From positions 716 to 64,715 of the forward strand of contig DATAZC010000034.1 of NCBI GenBank assembly GCA_036272255.1: a DNA stretch of 64,000 nt, in the 5' to 3' direction. A program made the translations under genes and the position numbers. Numbering within the stretch: the first letter of the stretch is position 1; each line of letters starts with the position of its first letter. Below the pieces are notes generated by a model. It made no database searches and was not told the DNA's origin. It saw only the letters and a program-made list of their open reading frames with translations. The DNA comes from Acidobacteriaceae bacterium (GTDB lineage: Bacteria; Acidobacteriota; Terriglobia; Terriglobales; Acidobacteriaceae). Positions 1 through 9,895 of this stretch are shown here, in pieces.

Positions 1-1
1 T

Positions 2-883
2 GTGCGCTACGACCTGGCTTTAGCTCAAATGGCAAATGGCGAGAACGCAGCCGCTCTGGTAACCCTCGCCCCCGCCGCCGATGACGATCCGGGCATCCTT
101 CGTCTCCGTGCTTCGTTTGAAGAACAGGCGGACCAGCTTGACGCCGCGTTCCGCGATCTTAAGCAGGCGGTGGAGATGAACCCGAAAGATGAGCGCAATT
201 ACATGGATATGGCGCTGCTCTGTCTGGATCACGAGCAGGACCAACGTGCGGCCGACGTAATGACGGTCGGCCTCCGGTATCTTCCGGATAACGCCGCGTT
301 CTACACCATCCGCGGCATCGCCTACACGCAGCTCTCGAAAACCGAAGATGCAGAGAAGGACTTTTCCCGCGCCGCTGAACTCGATCCGAATAATCCTTTT
401 GGCCAGTCGGCTCACACCATCCTCTACCTCCAGCGGGAAGAGCCCGAACAGGCCCGGCAATCGTTACAGCGCCAGGTCCGCCTGCATCCCGCCGACGCCA
501 CTGCGAATATCCTGCTCGCCGATTTGCTGCTGCATCAGGGCGCCGTTCGCGGGCAGCCCGAGTGGGAGCAGGCGAAAGCGGCCGTATCCCGTGCTCTGAA
601 GGCCAAGCCGGATTCTGTGGATGCTCTCAATCTGGAAGGCCGCATCGACTTTGACGAGAACCAATACGACACTGCGCATCAGGTGCTCGATCAAGCGCGC
701 CGACTCGATCCTGACAACCCGACCACGCTGAATCGGCTCCTGCTGGTCGATCGGAAACTTGGCCAGGAGGACGAAGCGCACGTAGTTGCCGGTCGTCTGA
801 GGAAGCTGCTGAGTGCGGAAACCCGCCATAATCAGGACGCGATGCGAACCAGCGAGCAACCCCCGCCCGTCGCCCCCAACTAA
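2..883 (+). CDS. TPR-repeat protein (5' end outside window)
   Basis: ORF is open from the window edge. It shows repeated ~34-aa helical units with TPR-like spacing, e.g. AAFYTIRGIAYTQLSKTEDAEKDFSRAAELDPNNP and PDSVDALNLEGRIDFDENQYDTAHQVLDQARRLDPDNP. Confidence 0.7.
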   Translation: MRYDLALAQMANGENAAALVTLAPAADDDPGILRLRASFEEQADQLDAAFRDLKQAVEMNPKDERNYMDMALLCLDHEQDQRAADVMTVGLRYLPDNAAFYTIRGIAYTQLSKTEDAEKDFSRAAELDPNNPFGQSAHTILYLQREEPEQARQSLQRQVRLHPADATANILLADLLLHQGAVRGQPEWEQAKAAVSRALKAKPDSVDALNLEGRIDFDENQYDTAHQVLDQARRLDPDNPTTLNRLLLVDRKLGQEDEAHVVAGRLRKLLSAETRHNQDAMRTSEQPPPVAPN

Positions 884-898
884 GCTAGCGGAGATCGG

Positions 899-1981
899 TC
901 AGGCGACACGAACGGAACTATTGATTCGGCTGACGGAGTTTCGGATGCGCAGTTCCGTTTCCAGAACGATCTCTCGCCGCGGATCCGCGGATCCGCCAAT
1001 CCGTTCGAGCAGAAGACGTGCCGCAGCGTATCCGAGCTGGTAGCCGGGTTGATAGATGGTGGTCAGCGCAGGATCAGTCAGCTCGGTCTGATCCAAACCG
1101 TCAAAGCCGATGACGGAGACGTCTCGAGGGCAGCGCAGTTTGGCGTCGCGGATAGCGAGCAATGCGCCCATCGCCATGAGATCGTTGGTGGCGAAAATAG
1201 CTGTCGGACGCGGCAACAATTGCAGCAGCCGGCCCGCCGACGTGTAGCCGCTCTCGCGGTCGAAGAGCGCTTCCTGAATGTATTCAGGATTGATAACGAC
1301 CGCTGCATCCTGCAGGCACTGGCGGAAACCATTGAGCCGTTCGCTTGCGTTGGTCAGATGGGAGGGACCGGAGATGACGCCGATGGTTCGGTGACCCATT
1401 TCGAGCAGATGGCGCGCCGCTTTGTAGCCACCCTCCCGATTGGCTACGGTCACGAAGTCTCCTCGCCACCCTTCCGGCCGCCGATCGATGCAGACCACCG
1501 GGGGACCGCCAGGGGTTTCCACGATAACGCTGTCGGGAGCGGGAATGATCAGAATGCCTGAGGGAAGAAAGGAGCGGATCTGGCCGAGATAGGTTCGTTC
1601 CTTATCGGGATCGTCATCTGTGTTACACAAAACCAGCCGATACGAATCTTTGTAAGCGACGTCTTCAATCCCGCGCACCACGCCGGGAAAGAAGGGATTG
1701 GTGATGTCGGGAATAATCATCCCGATCATGTTGGTTCGGTTCATGCGGAGCCCGCGCGACAGCTCGTTGGGCTCATATCCGAGACTCTTGACGGTTCGGA
1801 GCACCCGCTGACGAAGGGGTTCGCGCACTCCCGCCGTTCCATTCAGGACGTGTGAAACCGTGCCCAGAGATACAGACGCGGCACGGGCGATCTGTTGCAT
1901 GGTGACGCGCGAGGCCGGCTTTACCGGTTCGGCCGCCGGTTTTGTTTTAGCGCGATTGGGTGCCGGTTCTTGTTTGGTCAT
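899..1981 (-). CDS. LacI-family transcriptional regulator
   Basis: N-terminal HTH (VTMQQIARAASVSLGTVSHVLNG) followed by a periplasmic-binding-protein-like sugar domain (IGMIIPDITNPFFPGVVRGIED). Its ATG overlaps the TGA of the upstream gene as ATGA at 1978-1981. Confidence 0.9.
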   Translation of the reverse strand: MTKQEPAPNRAKTKPAAEPVKPASRVTMQQIARAASVSLGTVSHVLNGTAGVREPLRQRVLRTVKSLGYEPNELSRGLRMNRTNMIGMIIPDITNPFFPGVVRGIEDVAYKDSYRLVLCNTDDDPDKERTYLGQIRSFLPSGILIIPAPDSVIVETPGGPPVVCIDRRPEGWRGDFVTVANREGGYKAARHLLEMGHRTIGVISGPSHLTNASERLNGFRQCLQDAAVVINPEYIQEALFDRESGYTSAGRLLQLLPRPTAIFATNDLMAMGALLAIRDAKLRCPRDVSVIGFDGLDQTELTDPALTTIYQPGYQLGYAAARLLLERIGGSADPRREIVLETELRIRNSVSRINSSVRVA

Positions 1982-4164
1982 TGCGAGTCAACGACGCATC
2001 GGAATCCGATGGACGCCGAACGGTCAAGGCTGGGCGCCATCAACAGGTACTTACCATGCTGCGAAAGCTGCCATGCCTGGGGGAAGTACCACCGCGAGCC
2101 CTGCGGACGATAATGGCTGCCACCACGAAGCACAGCCGCAGCCGTATGCTCGTCGGTAAATTCGTCTGTCCACTGCCACACGTTGCCCACGAGATCCATC
2201 ACGCCGAACGGGCTGGCGCCCGCAGGATGCGCCGCTACGTCGCTGGCCGGCTCCTCGTCACGGCCTGTATCTGTGACAGGTATCAAGTGGCCGGGCTGCG
2301 ATTGTGGCGCGGCGTTCCCCCAGGGATACACTCGGCCGTCGGTGCCCTGCGCGGCATACTGCCATTCCCATTCGTGGGGGAGCCGCTTGCCCGCCCATCG
2401 CGCGTATGCGCGCGCATCCTCCAGAGAGACCCAGGTCACGGGTTTGTTGGCCCAGCCGTCCGGATAGGTGCCGTGCGCCCAGTCCTTGAGGAAGTTGTGA
2501 TCGTCGGCAGGATGATAGCGGGTGGCATCCAGAAAACGTTTGTAATCCGCATTCGTGACGGGGTATTGATCGATCCAGAAGGAAGCAATCTTCGCTTTGT
2601 GCTCGTGATAGCGTCGGGCGGAAGTCTCCCAGGGATACTGGAAGTCGACTCCTTCGTCGTTGGAGCCCTCGATTTCGATTCCATTGACGCGGAAGACATA
2701 GTCTGCAGCGGGAATTTGAACCATTCCCGGTGGCTGTGCCACCGCGGGTTTTGTTGGTTCGATCGCGACCAGCTGCTGGGGCAGCGTATGCCACTCCTCG
2801 GAGAAGTCGCTCAGCGGATGCTGCGCCAGGGCATGCATCCTGGGGAGCAGGGAATCGAGATGCGCGTCGGATCCCGTCGTTTCCAGAACTGCGCCGAAGC
2901 CCCTGCTTTCCATTTCAAACGATAATACAGACTCGTTGCCTTCCCGTTCGGGATGAAGTTCCACCCCGTGCCACAAGTCGAAGTAGCGTGCACCATCTTT
3001 CCAGGGGACGATAAGCTGCCGTCCAGACACGGGGTAGCCGCTGCGATTGACCACCGTCCATAACGTCTCCGCCGCACCCGGCCATTCACTGGCAAAGACG
3101 CCGAAGCGTTGGGTGGGAAAATGCGGGCTCCATTGCGGGCTGATGAGCAGCTGGGGGAACGCCCGCTCAATCGCCGCCGTGCGACGCAGGGCTTCGGCAT
3201 CTCTCGGGGTAATCTGGTTCCAGATCCCCCAGATGTTCTCCCAGCTTTCAAAGCCGGCGCCATTGAAGAACGCCTCCTGCAGATCGTCGGTATGATCATG
3301 GGCCCAGCGATCGGAGATATTCACCATGTGGCGAGGCTCGAGCCATTTGTAGCGGCTCACGGAAGGAACGAACTTATATTCCCAGTATCCCCAGCTCATG
3401 GTGTTGTAGTTCAGCATCTCTTCTGAGCCCGGCCCGAGTTCCGGCTCCAGGGCCAACGGGTGCCCGACTTTCTCTGAAGCCTCAAGAAAGATGTGGGGAA
3501 CGCCCTCCAGCGTGTCGCCATTGATGCCGTCGGCGTTCACTGCTGTCAGCTCGCGCGCAATTGCCTCCGGGTCGGAAACTCCCTCTTCGTGCGTTCCCTG
3601 ATCCCAAAGCATGATGGGAAAGAGCACGCGAACGTTGTGCTTGTGGAAGTCGGCAACCATCTGCCGCACCCCCTCTACGCCGCCCGGGAGATCCCGGAAC
3701 AGGTCGTATTGATTGCGGCTGTCGATGCCTATATTTGAATACGTGTGCCAGACCAGAACGCTGTCGATGCCTCCGTACCGGTGATCGACATCGTCGAGAT
3801 AGCGATCGACGGTGTAACGGCGTGCAGCTGGATCATAGAAGTAACGATCATGGACCATCATTTGCGGCTGAACGAAAGCAGACTGAGTCCACTGGAGGGC
3901 GGGATTCTTGTAGGCGCTGTCGTCCAGGCCGGTACGAATGCGTCTTTCGTTACGCCAATGCGTGATGTCGCGAAGCCAGTCGTCAATCTGCATCCTGCTG
4001 CAGGTCGCCGGGGGGCCTGAGGCGTTCCATTCCGGAATCGCTCCGCATGTAGGCCCCGGAATCTGTTCGAAGACGGGACGAACTACAGTGTCCTGGCCCC
4101 AGGAAGGTGAAGTCGTCAGCGTTGCGACGAGTGCGAACACTGGAAAAATCAGGGATTTCTTCAT
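1978..4164 (-). CDS. Secreted two-domain protein: unassigned N-terminal domain fused to a C-terminal FGE/SUMF1-type (sulfatase-modifying-factor fold) domain
   Basis: Start chosen at the internal ATG at 4164 (MKKSLIFPVFALVATLTTSPSWGQ, signal-peptide-like), preceded by GAGGGAA. The C-terminal ~270 aa carry FGE-fold hallmarks: YPVTNADYKRFLDAT, RLPHEWEWQYAAQG, GNVWQWTDE, RGGSHY. Confidence 0.75.
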   Translation of the reverse strand: MKKSLIFPVFALVATLTTSPSWGQDTVVRPVFEQIPGPTCGAIPEWNASGPPATCSRMQIDDWLRDITHWRNERRIRTGLDDSAYKNPALQWTQSAFVQPQMMVHDRYFYDPAARRYTVDRYLDDVDHRYGGIDSVLVWHTYSNIGIDSRNQYDLFRDLPGGVEGVRQMVADFHKHNVRVLFPIMLWDQGTHEEGVSDPEAIARELTAVNADGINGDTLEGVPHIFLEASEKVGHPLALEPELGPGSEEMLNYNTMSWGYWEYKFVPSVSRYKWLEPRHMVNISDRWAHDHTDDLQEAFFNGAGFESWENIWGIWNQITPRDAEALRRTAAIERAFPQLLISPQWSPHFPTQRFGVFASEWPGAAETLWTVVNRSGYPVSGRQLIVPWKDGARYFDLWHGVELHPEREGNESVLSFEMESRGFGAVLETTGSDAHLDSLLPRMHALAQHPLSDFSEEWHTLPQQLVAIEPTKPAVAQPPGMVQIPAADYVFRVNGIEIEGSNDEGVDFQYPWETSARRYHEHKAKIASFWIDQYPVTNADYKRFLDATRYHPADDHNFLKDWAHGTYPDGWANKPVTWVSLEDARAYARWAGKRLPHEWEWQYAAQGTDGRVYPWGNAAPQSQPGHLIPVTDTGRDEEPASDVAAHPAGASPFGVMDLVGNVWQWTDEFTDEHTAAAVLRGGSHYRPQGSRWYFPQAWQLSQHGKYLLMAPSLDRSASIGFRCVVDSQ

Positions 4165-4421
4165 ACGTTCCCTCGCAGGGTGGTTCCACCACGGAAGGAG
4201 AAATATAAAACCTTTCAAGAAAGATGTGCTAACAGTTTCTGGCTTTGCAGAAAAAGAACGCCCCTTCTGTCATGACCACCGGGAATTCGTCTCTTTCTGA
4301 GACGTGGTGCGAAAGTGGCTTGAGGGCCTGATTCAAGAGGGTTGAATCGCAGTGGGCCGGTTTGGCGGAAGCGTCGCTACCCAAGAGCCATGAGCAAAAA
4401 TAGGACAACCGCAAAAAAATG

Positions 4422-4450
4422 TTGACAACACTTCAGGTCGAAGCATAGGT
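4422..4450 (+). promoter_or_regulatory. Possible sigma70-type promoter for the receptor gene (TTGACA with a weak -10)
   Basis: Perfect TTGACA at 4422-4427. Only a weak -10 candidate (CATAGG/ATAGGT) lies 16-17 nt downstream. Confidence 0.25.
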
Positions 4451-4465
4451 TCTTCAGCGGGAACT

Positions 4466-4479
4466 TTGAAAGCTTTCAA
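4466..4479. promoter_or_regulatory. Perfect 14-bp palindrome TTGAAAGCTTTCAA, candidate LacI-family operator
   Basis: The sequence is self-complementary. It lies in the divergent intergenic region between the FGE-fusion/LacI operon and the receptor gene, about 60 nt upstream of the ATG at 4538. A near-identical site occurs at 37644-37657. Confidence 0.4.
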
Positions 4480-4537
4480 GCCGTATTTCGCAATTGCTCA
4501 GGCGGGAGCGGCAGCAGGAAAAGGGAGACCACTGGCC

Positions 4538-7500
4538 ATGGCGTCAATTTGCAAGCGTTTCACGCTTTACGCACTCACTATTTTGACTCTGGCGTTTATC
4601 GGAACCAGCCAAAGCTGGGCTCAATACGCCAGCGGCCTTGAGGGCACGGTCGTCGATCAGAGCGGCGCCGTCGTTACGGGCGCGCAGTGCTCGGTGATCA
4701 ACCAGGACACCGGGATTCGGCAATCCGCAAGCTCCGATACCCAGGGCTACGTTCGCTTTTTGAAGCTCCCTCCAGGACATTACCGCATCGAGATTGGGGC
4801 TCCCGGATTTGAGAAATGGGTTCAGCGCGACGTTCTGGTCGAAGGATCGGAACTGCGGACCTTCTATCCTTCGCTTAAGATTGGCCAGAACTTCGCAACC
4901 GTTGAGGTGCACGGCGAGAACGAAGCGCTTGAGACCGCGCAGGGTACGGTGAGCCGCACCCTCGAACAGCAAACAGTCTCCGAGGCTCCACTGGTCGGAC
5001 AGGATGTGTACGCCAGCGTCGCGTCGCTGGCTCCAGGAATGACTGGGCTGGGCGACGCTTCGGGGTCCATCGCATCCGCCGGATCGCAGGGAACCAACAG
5101 CTTCGTCACCGAGGCCGGTTTCCAGATCAACGCCGCCGGTCAGCGCCAGGATGCCAACGAGTTTCAGGTGGATGGCACCAGCGTGATGAGCACCTCACGT
5201 GATGGCGTGGTGAATATTACGCCCGAACCCGACACGATTAGTGAAATGAAGCTGACTTCTTCGACCTTCAATGCGGACGAGGGCCGGCAAAGCGGCGCTC
5301 TGATCGAGGTGTACACCAAGCCTGGCACGAACAACTTCCACGGCTCACTCTCCGAAATGCATACCGACGCTGCCATGACCGCACGCACGGTCTTCGAAAC
5401 CCAGGTGCCGCACTCCCTGCGCAATGATTTCGGCGGCACTCTGGGCGGACCGATTTTCAAGAATCGTACCTTTTTCTTCGGATCGCTTTTCTGGATGCGC
5501 AGCCTGATCGGCGAGACGCTGAACGAAACCGTGGAAACGCAGGGCTTCGAGCAGTACGTCGAACAGAACTATCCCAATTCGATGGCGGCAGGTTTCTTCA
5601 AGGCTGCGCCGCCTGCCGCCTATCCCGTGAAGAACTTCCTCACCGTCGCTCAGGTGGAATCGCAGTACGGGAGCACCTATGCCCCGCCCAATATTCCGGC
5701 GAACATGGTGGCCGAGGGCGAGAGCATCGTCAACGCGTCGCCTTCGAACAACGGATTCCAGGGCCATCTTCGCATCGATCACAATTTCCGCGGCGATCGC
5801 GACAAGCTGTTCTACAGCCTCTTTCGGAACACCACGCAGGCAGAGAACGCAAATATCCGCACGGTCTACTCGTATCTTTCGCCGGACAACTCGTTCTACA
5901 ACAAAGTCGATTACCTGCACACCTTCTCCGCTTCTCTTGTCAATGACGTGAGTGCCGGGTTCGTGCGCACCTCTGGCTCGCAGCCGGCGCCACTACCGTC
6001 GCTTCCCAACGTCGCATGGATCGGCGGCATCGATGCCACCTTCTGGCAATGGGGACCCTCTGGCTGGGTGCAGAACAACTGGTATGCGCACGACGCTCTC
6101 AACTACACGCGCGGCGCCCACACCTTCCGCGTTGGCATCGACGTCGATCGCCAGCAGGACATGGACAACTTCACCAACGGCGACGACCGGCCCTACTTCC
6201 TGATGCTCAACGTCCTCGACATGGCGGCGGATCATCCGTTCGAGCAAAGCGGTCCGGTGCTTAATCCCAAAACCGGTCAGGTGGCTACGAATCTCTATCA
6301 GCGCGTTCTGCTGCTCTATACCGCGCCGTATGTTGAAGACGACTGGAAGATTAATCATCGTCTGACTCTCAACGCGGGGATTCGATTTGACTACTTCGGT
6401 CATCTCTCCACGATGGAGAATGGCCAGAGCCCGGTTTCCTTCTTCACGCCTGGAACCGGTTCCGACTTCGCAGCCCAGGTCGCCAACGGCTCGATGGTGG
6501 TGCGCGGGAACAACGGAATCGCCACCAACCATGCCCAGTATCGCTTCGCGCCTCGCCTCGGCTTTGCGTGGGACGTCTGGGGCAACGGCCACACCGCCAT
6601 CCACGGCGGCTACGGACTGTTCAATAACAAAATCGGCGAATACGGCTACGTCAACAACATGCGGGAGAACCCACCCAACGATGTGAATCCAGTGGTGAGC
6701 ATCTTCACGCCAGGTGAAACGTTGGCCAACATGTCTTACGGCACCAGCAGTTCCGGAGCCACCGGATTTGCACCGCCGCCAGGCATCACCTTCCAGGTGG
6801 ATTCCCACGGCGGCATTGTCGGCTCGCGTATTTCGGTGGGCGGCATCGATCCCAACCTCAAATCTCCGCTGGTCCATAGCTGGGCTTTGGGTGTGCAGCA
6901 GAAGATCGGCGGATTTGTCGCGGAAGGCGACTACTTCGGAACCGCCAGCCGCAACCTGTACCTCCAGACCGACGTCAACCGGTTCGCTGGCGACGAGATC
7001 ATCAACAATGGCAACCTCGATCGGCTCAATCAGAGCTTTGGTGAGGTGTTGTACGGCAGAAACGACGGCATCGCCAACAGCGATCTTGTGGCATTTGCCA
7101 TCTCAAAACATTTCTCAAAGGGATGGAATTTTCATGCCATTTACACCTTTGGGAAATCGCTGGATTACACCAGTGACAACGACAACGGCGTAGATGGCAC
7201 GGCGGCAGAAGCTGTGCTGGATGCGCAAACACTTGCCGGGCAGTATGGACGCTCGGATTACGACTCGCGTCACCGGTTCTCGGCCGACGCGGTATGGAAT
7301 GCGCCTTCCTTTCACGAGGGTGTAGCGCATGCCATCACCAGCGGCTGGACCTTTACGCCGGTCGTCATCCTTCAGTCCGGTCAGCCGTTCACGGTTTACA
7401 CCGGAGCCCAGTATTCCTCCGGTGGCGACTATAACGGCGATGGCTGGGACTTTGACGTACCTAACGTTCCCTCTTTTGGCAATCACATCTCCACCAGCCG

Positions 7501-7813
7501 TTCCAACTTCCTCAAAGGGCTTTTCCCAGCCAGCGCTTTCCCGGCGCCGGCTGCAGGAACCGAGGGGAATCTTGGCCGTAATACGTACGACGGTCCTGGA
7601 TTTGCGAATGTAAATCTCTCCGCGGAGCGCAGTTTCAACCTTCCCGTTCTCGGCGACAGGGGTAAGCTGGAGCTTCGCGGCGAGTTCTTTAATTTGTTTA
7701 ATCGAGTGAATCTGACTAAGCCGGTGTCTGACCTGTCGAACACCCTGTTCGGGTATTCGACCAGTCAGGATTCTCCACGCTTCATTCAGCTCACTGGGCA
7801 CATCCGCTTCTGA
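4538..7813 (+). CDS. TonB-dependent-receptor-like outer-membrane protein with N-terminal carboxypeptidase-regulatory-like domain
   Basis: Start at ATG 4538 (AAGGGAGA upstream) with signal peptide MASICKRFTLYALTILTLAFIGTSQSWAQ. CarboxypepD_reg-like segment GTVVDQSGAVVTGAQCSVINQDTGIRQSASSDTQGYVRFLKLPPGHYRIEI, a long beta-rich body and a C-terminal ...IRF ending in aromatic Phe (OMP beta-signal). Confidence 0.85.
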   Translation: MASICKRFTLYALTILTLAFIGTSQSWAQYASGLEGTVVDQSGAVVTGAQCSVINQDTGIRQSASSDTQGYVRFLKLPPGHYRIEIGAPGFEKWVQRDVLVEGSELRTFYPSLKIGQNFATVEVHGENEALETAQGTVSRTLEQQTVSEAPLVGQDVYASVASLAPGMTGLGDASGSIASAGSQGTNSFVTEAGFQINAAGQRQDANEFQVDGTSVMSTSRDGVVNITPEPDTISEMKLTSSTFNADEGRQSGALIEVYTKPGTNNFHGSLSEMHTDAAMTARTVFETQVPHSLRNDFGGTLGGPIFKNRTFFFGSLFWMRSLIGETLNETVETQGFEQYVEQNYPNSMAAGFFKAAPPAAYPVKNFLTVAQVESQYGSTYAPPNIPANMVAEGESIVNASPSNNGFQGHLRIDHNFRGDRDKLFYSLFRNTTQAENANIRTVYSYLSPDNSFYNKVDYLHTFSASLVNDVSAGFVRTSGSQPAPLPSLPNVAWIGGIDATFWQWGPSGWVQNNWYAHDALNYTRGAHTFRVGIDVDRQQDMDNFTNGDDRPYFLMLNVLDMAADHPFEQSGPVLNPKTGQVATNLYQRVLLLYTAPYVEDDWKINHRLTLNAGIRFDYFGHLSTMENGQSPVSFFTPGTGSDFAAQVANGSMVVRGNNGIATNHAQYRFAPRLGFAWDVWGNGHTAIHGGYGLFNNKIGEYGYVNNMRENPPNDVNPVVSIFTPGETLANMSYGTSSSGATGFAPPPGITFQVDSHGGIVGSRISVGGIDPNLKSPLVHSWALGVQQKIGGFVAEGDYFGTASRNLYLQTDVNRFAGDEIINNGNLDRLNQSFGEVLYGRNDGIANSDLVAFAISKHFSKGWNFHAIYTFGKSLDYTSDNDNGVDGTAAEAVLDAQTLAGQYGRSDYDSRHRFSADAVWNAPSFHEGVAHAITSGWTFTPVVILQSGQPFTVYTGAQYSSGGDYNGDGWDFDVPNVPSFGNHISTSRSNFLKGLFPASAFPAPAAGTEGNLGRNTYDGPGFANVNLSAERSFNLPVLGDRGKLELRGEFFNLFNRVNLTKPVSDLSNTLFGYSTSQDSPRFIQLTGHIRF

Positions 7814-7876
7814 CCGGGACGCCGGGGCCCGGCTGTTATCGGGCGCCCGGCTGCAGAAGCAAGGTGACCTCCCGTG

Positions 7877-7920
7877 AAAGAGCGGCTGCAGTCACAAACC
7901 GATTGCTGCCGCTCTTTTTT
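7877..7920 (+). terminator. Rho-independent terminator after the receptor gene
   Basis: GAGCGGCTGCA (7880-7890) pairs with TGCTGCCGCTC (7904-7914) with one mismatch. The loop is 13 nt and the stem is followed by T6 (7915-7920). Confidence 0.6.
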
Positions 7921-7940
7921 CAGCTGTGACGAGGATAGAA

Positions 7941-8927
7941 ATGTTTCAGCCGGACACGTATGGGATCGCACTTCTGCTCATGCTCATCAGCATGTTCTGC
8001 TGGGGCTCCTGGGCCAATACACAAAAGCTTACGGGGAGCTATTCCTTTCAGCTTTTTTACTGGGACTATGTCCTTGGCATCCTGCTGGCCAGCCTGTTGT
8101 GGGGGGTAACGCTGGGCACCCTGCACGGTGGACCCACCGCGTTCTTCGCTGATCTCAGCCAGGCGAGCGGGACGGCCATCACCTATGCGCTGATCGGCGG
8201 GATCATATTTAATGTTGCGAATCTCCTGCTGGTGGCGTCGATTGCTATTGCGGGCATGGCAGTGGCTTTTCCTGTCGGCATTGGTCTTGCGCTCGTCGTC
8301 GGCGTTGTCTTCAACTACATCGTGCAGCCGCGCGGCAACCCGTTGCTCCTCTTCGGAGGACTCATTCTGATCGTGGTCGCCATCGTCGTGGACGCGATCG
8401 CCTACCGTCGCCGCGAGCCCGCGAAGGGCGTCAGCCGTCGAGGAGTTCGCCTCGCTATCGCCAGCGGCATTCTTATGGGGCTGTTCTATCCCTTTGTCGC
8501 CCGGGCCGGTATCGTCGTCCATCCTCTGGGTCCCTACTCGGTGGCGTTTGTTTTTTCTCTCGGCGTTTTGCTCTGCGCCATTCCGTTCAATGCCTGGCTG
8601 ATGCGCCACCCCATTACCGGCGAGCCGCCTGTCTCCATGTCCGGCTACTGGCGAGCGCGAGCGGGATGGCATTTCTGGGGTATCGTCGGCGGCATGATCT
8701 GGTGCACCGGGGCACTTTCTAATTTTGTGGCTTCACATACCCAGGTCGTCGGACCCGCCATCTCCTACGCAATCGGTCAGGGAGCCACCATGATTTCTGC
8801 TGCCTGGGGCGTGTTTATCTGGCGGGAATTTGCAAATGCGCCCGCCAATTCACGCCGTCTGATTCCCATCATGTTTATCTCTTTCCTTTTTGGTCTGGCA
8901 GCCATCGCAATTGCACCTCTTTATTGA
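7941..8927 (+). CDS. DMT-superfamily sugar permease (GRP/RhaT-like, about 10 TM segments)
   Basis: ATG at 7941 is preceded by GAGGA (7931-7935). The protein is very hydrophobic with repeated TM segments, and the N-terminal CWGSWANTQK motif resembles glucose/ribose-porter-type DMT permeases. It lies directly upstream of ribokinase. Confidence 0.6.
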   Translation: MFQPDTYGIALLLMLISMFCWGSWANTQKLTGSYSFQLFYWDYVLGILLASLLWGVTLGTLHGGPTAFFADLSQASGTAITYALIGGIIFNVANLLLVASIAIAGMAVAFPVGIGLALVVGVVFNYIVQPRGNPLLLFGGLILIVVAIVVDAIAYRRREPAKGVSRRGVRLAIASGILMGLFYPFVARAGIVVHPLGPYSVAFVFSLGVLLCAIPFNAWLMRHPITGEPPVSMSGYWRARAGWHFWGIVGGMIWCTGALSNFVASHTQVVGPAISYAIGQGATMISAAWGVFIWREFANAPANSRRLIPIMFISFLFGLAAIAIAPLY

Positions 8928-8946
8928 TCACGGGACACCGCTCATT

Positions 8947-9891
8947 ATGTCGAAATCGATCGTAGTGGTTGGAAGTCTGAATATGGATCTGGTAGCCCGC
9001 GTCGATCGGATTCCCGTTCGGGGCGAGACCATCATCGGGCTGGACTTCAAGACTTTTCCTGGGGGTAAGGGCGCCAATCAGGCCACCGCGGCCGCACTTC
9101 TTGGTGGGTCCGTGAAGATGATCGGCAAACTGGGCAGCGACCCATTCGCCGCCCAGCTGCGCAACAGCATGGAAAGCGCCGGTGTCGACGCTTCCTGTGT
9201 CGAGAACGTCGCGGGCCCTTCGGGGACCGCGCTCATTGAATCCTCCGTTGACGGCGAAAACAGTATTGTTGTCATCCCCGGCGCCAACGCACGTTTGCTG
9301 CCCGAGGATATTGACCGCTACAGCGCTGCGATCGAGCAGGCAGCACTGGTCCTGGCTCAACTCGAGATTCCCCCTGAGACCACCGAATACCTCGCGAGGA
9401 AAACCTGCAAGGCAGGTGTGCCGTTCATCCTCGATCCGGCGCCGGCTTACCCTTTGTCGCGCGATTTGCTTTCCCAGGTCACCTGGTTGACACCTAACGA
9501 GACCGAGAGCCTGCTGCTCCTCGGTCTCGATCCTGGCGGCGAAAGCTCTCTCCCGGTCGCGGAAACCGCGAATCGCCTTCTCGATATGGGTGTTCGCAAT
9601 GTCATCCTCAAACTCGGCGCGCGTGGAGTCTACCTGGCCGGACAGGATGTCGAGCCGGTGGCGGTTGCAGGGTGCGAGGTTAAAGTTGTCGACACCACCG
9701 GGGCCGGCGATGCCTTCAATGGAGCCTTTGCCTACGCCCTGGTCCATGCCGCAATGCCCGCAAGAGAAGCGGCAGAATTTGCCTGTGGAGCGGCGGCGTT
9801 GTCGGTGACACGCCCGGGCGCTCAATCCTCCATGCCGGGTCTGCGCGAATGCGAGCTGTTCCTCGATGAGTGCAGAGCCTTGCAACCATGA
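8947..9891 (+). CDS. rbsK: Ribokinase (PfkB family)
   Basis: VVVGSLNMDLV, FPGGKGANQA and the C-terminal VVDTTGAGDAFNGAF motif are classical ribokinase/PfkB signatures. Confidence 0.85.
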   Translation: MSKSIVVVGSLNMDLVARVDRIPVRGETIIGLDFKTFPGGKGANQATAAALLGGSVKMIGKLGSDPFAAQLRNSMESAGVDASCVENVAGPSGTALIESSVDGENSIVVIPGANARLLPEDIDRYSAAIEQAALVLAQLEIPPETTEYLARKTCKAGVPFILDPAPAYPLSRDLLSQVTWLTPNETESLLLLGLDPGGESSLPVAETANRLLDMGVRNVILKLGARGVYLAGQDVEPVAVAGCEVKVVDTTGAGDAFNGAFAYALVHAAMPAREAAEFACGAAALSVTRPGAQSSMPGLRECELFLDECRALQP

Positions 9892-9895
9892 AATC

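Noticed and set aside
4466-4537. N-terminal extensions given in the ORF track (4466 for receptor 1, up to 43914 for GH2, up to 51544 for ThuA-2, 36463 for GH2, 43675 for the thioredoxin protein)
   Set aside because: Internal starts give proper signal or Tat leaders directly after a Shine-Dalgarno-like box. The extensions are Arg-rich or overlap regulatory palindromes.
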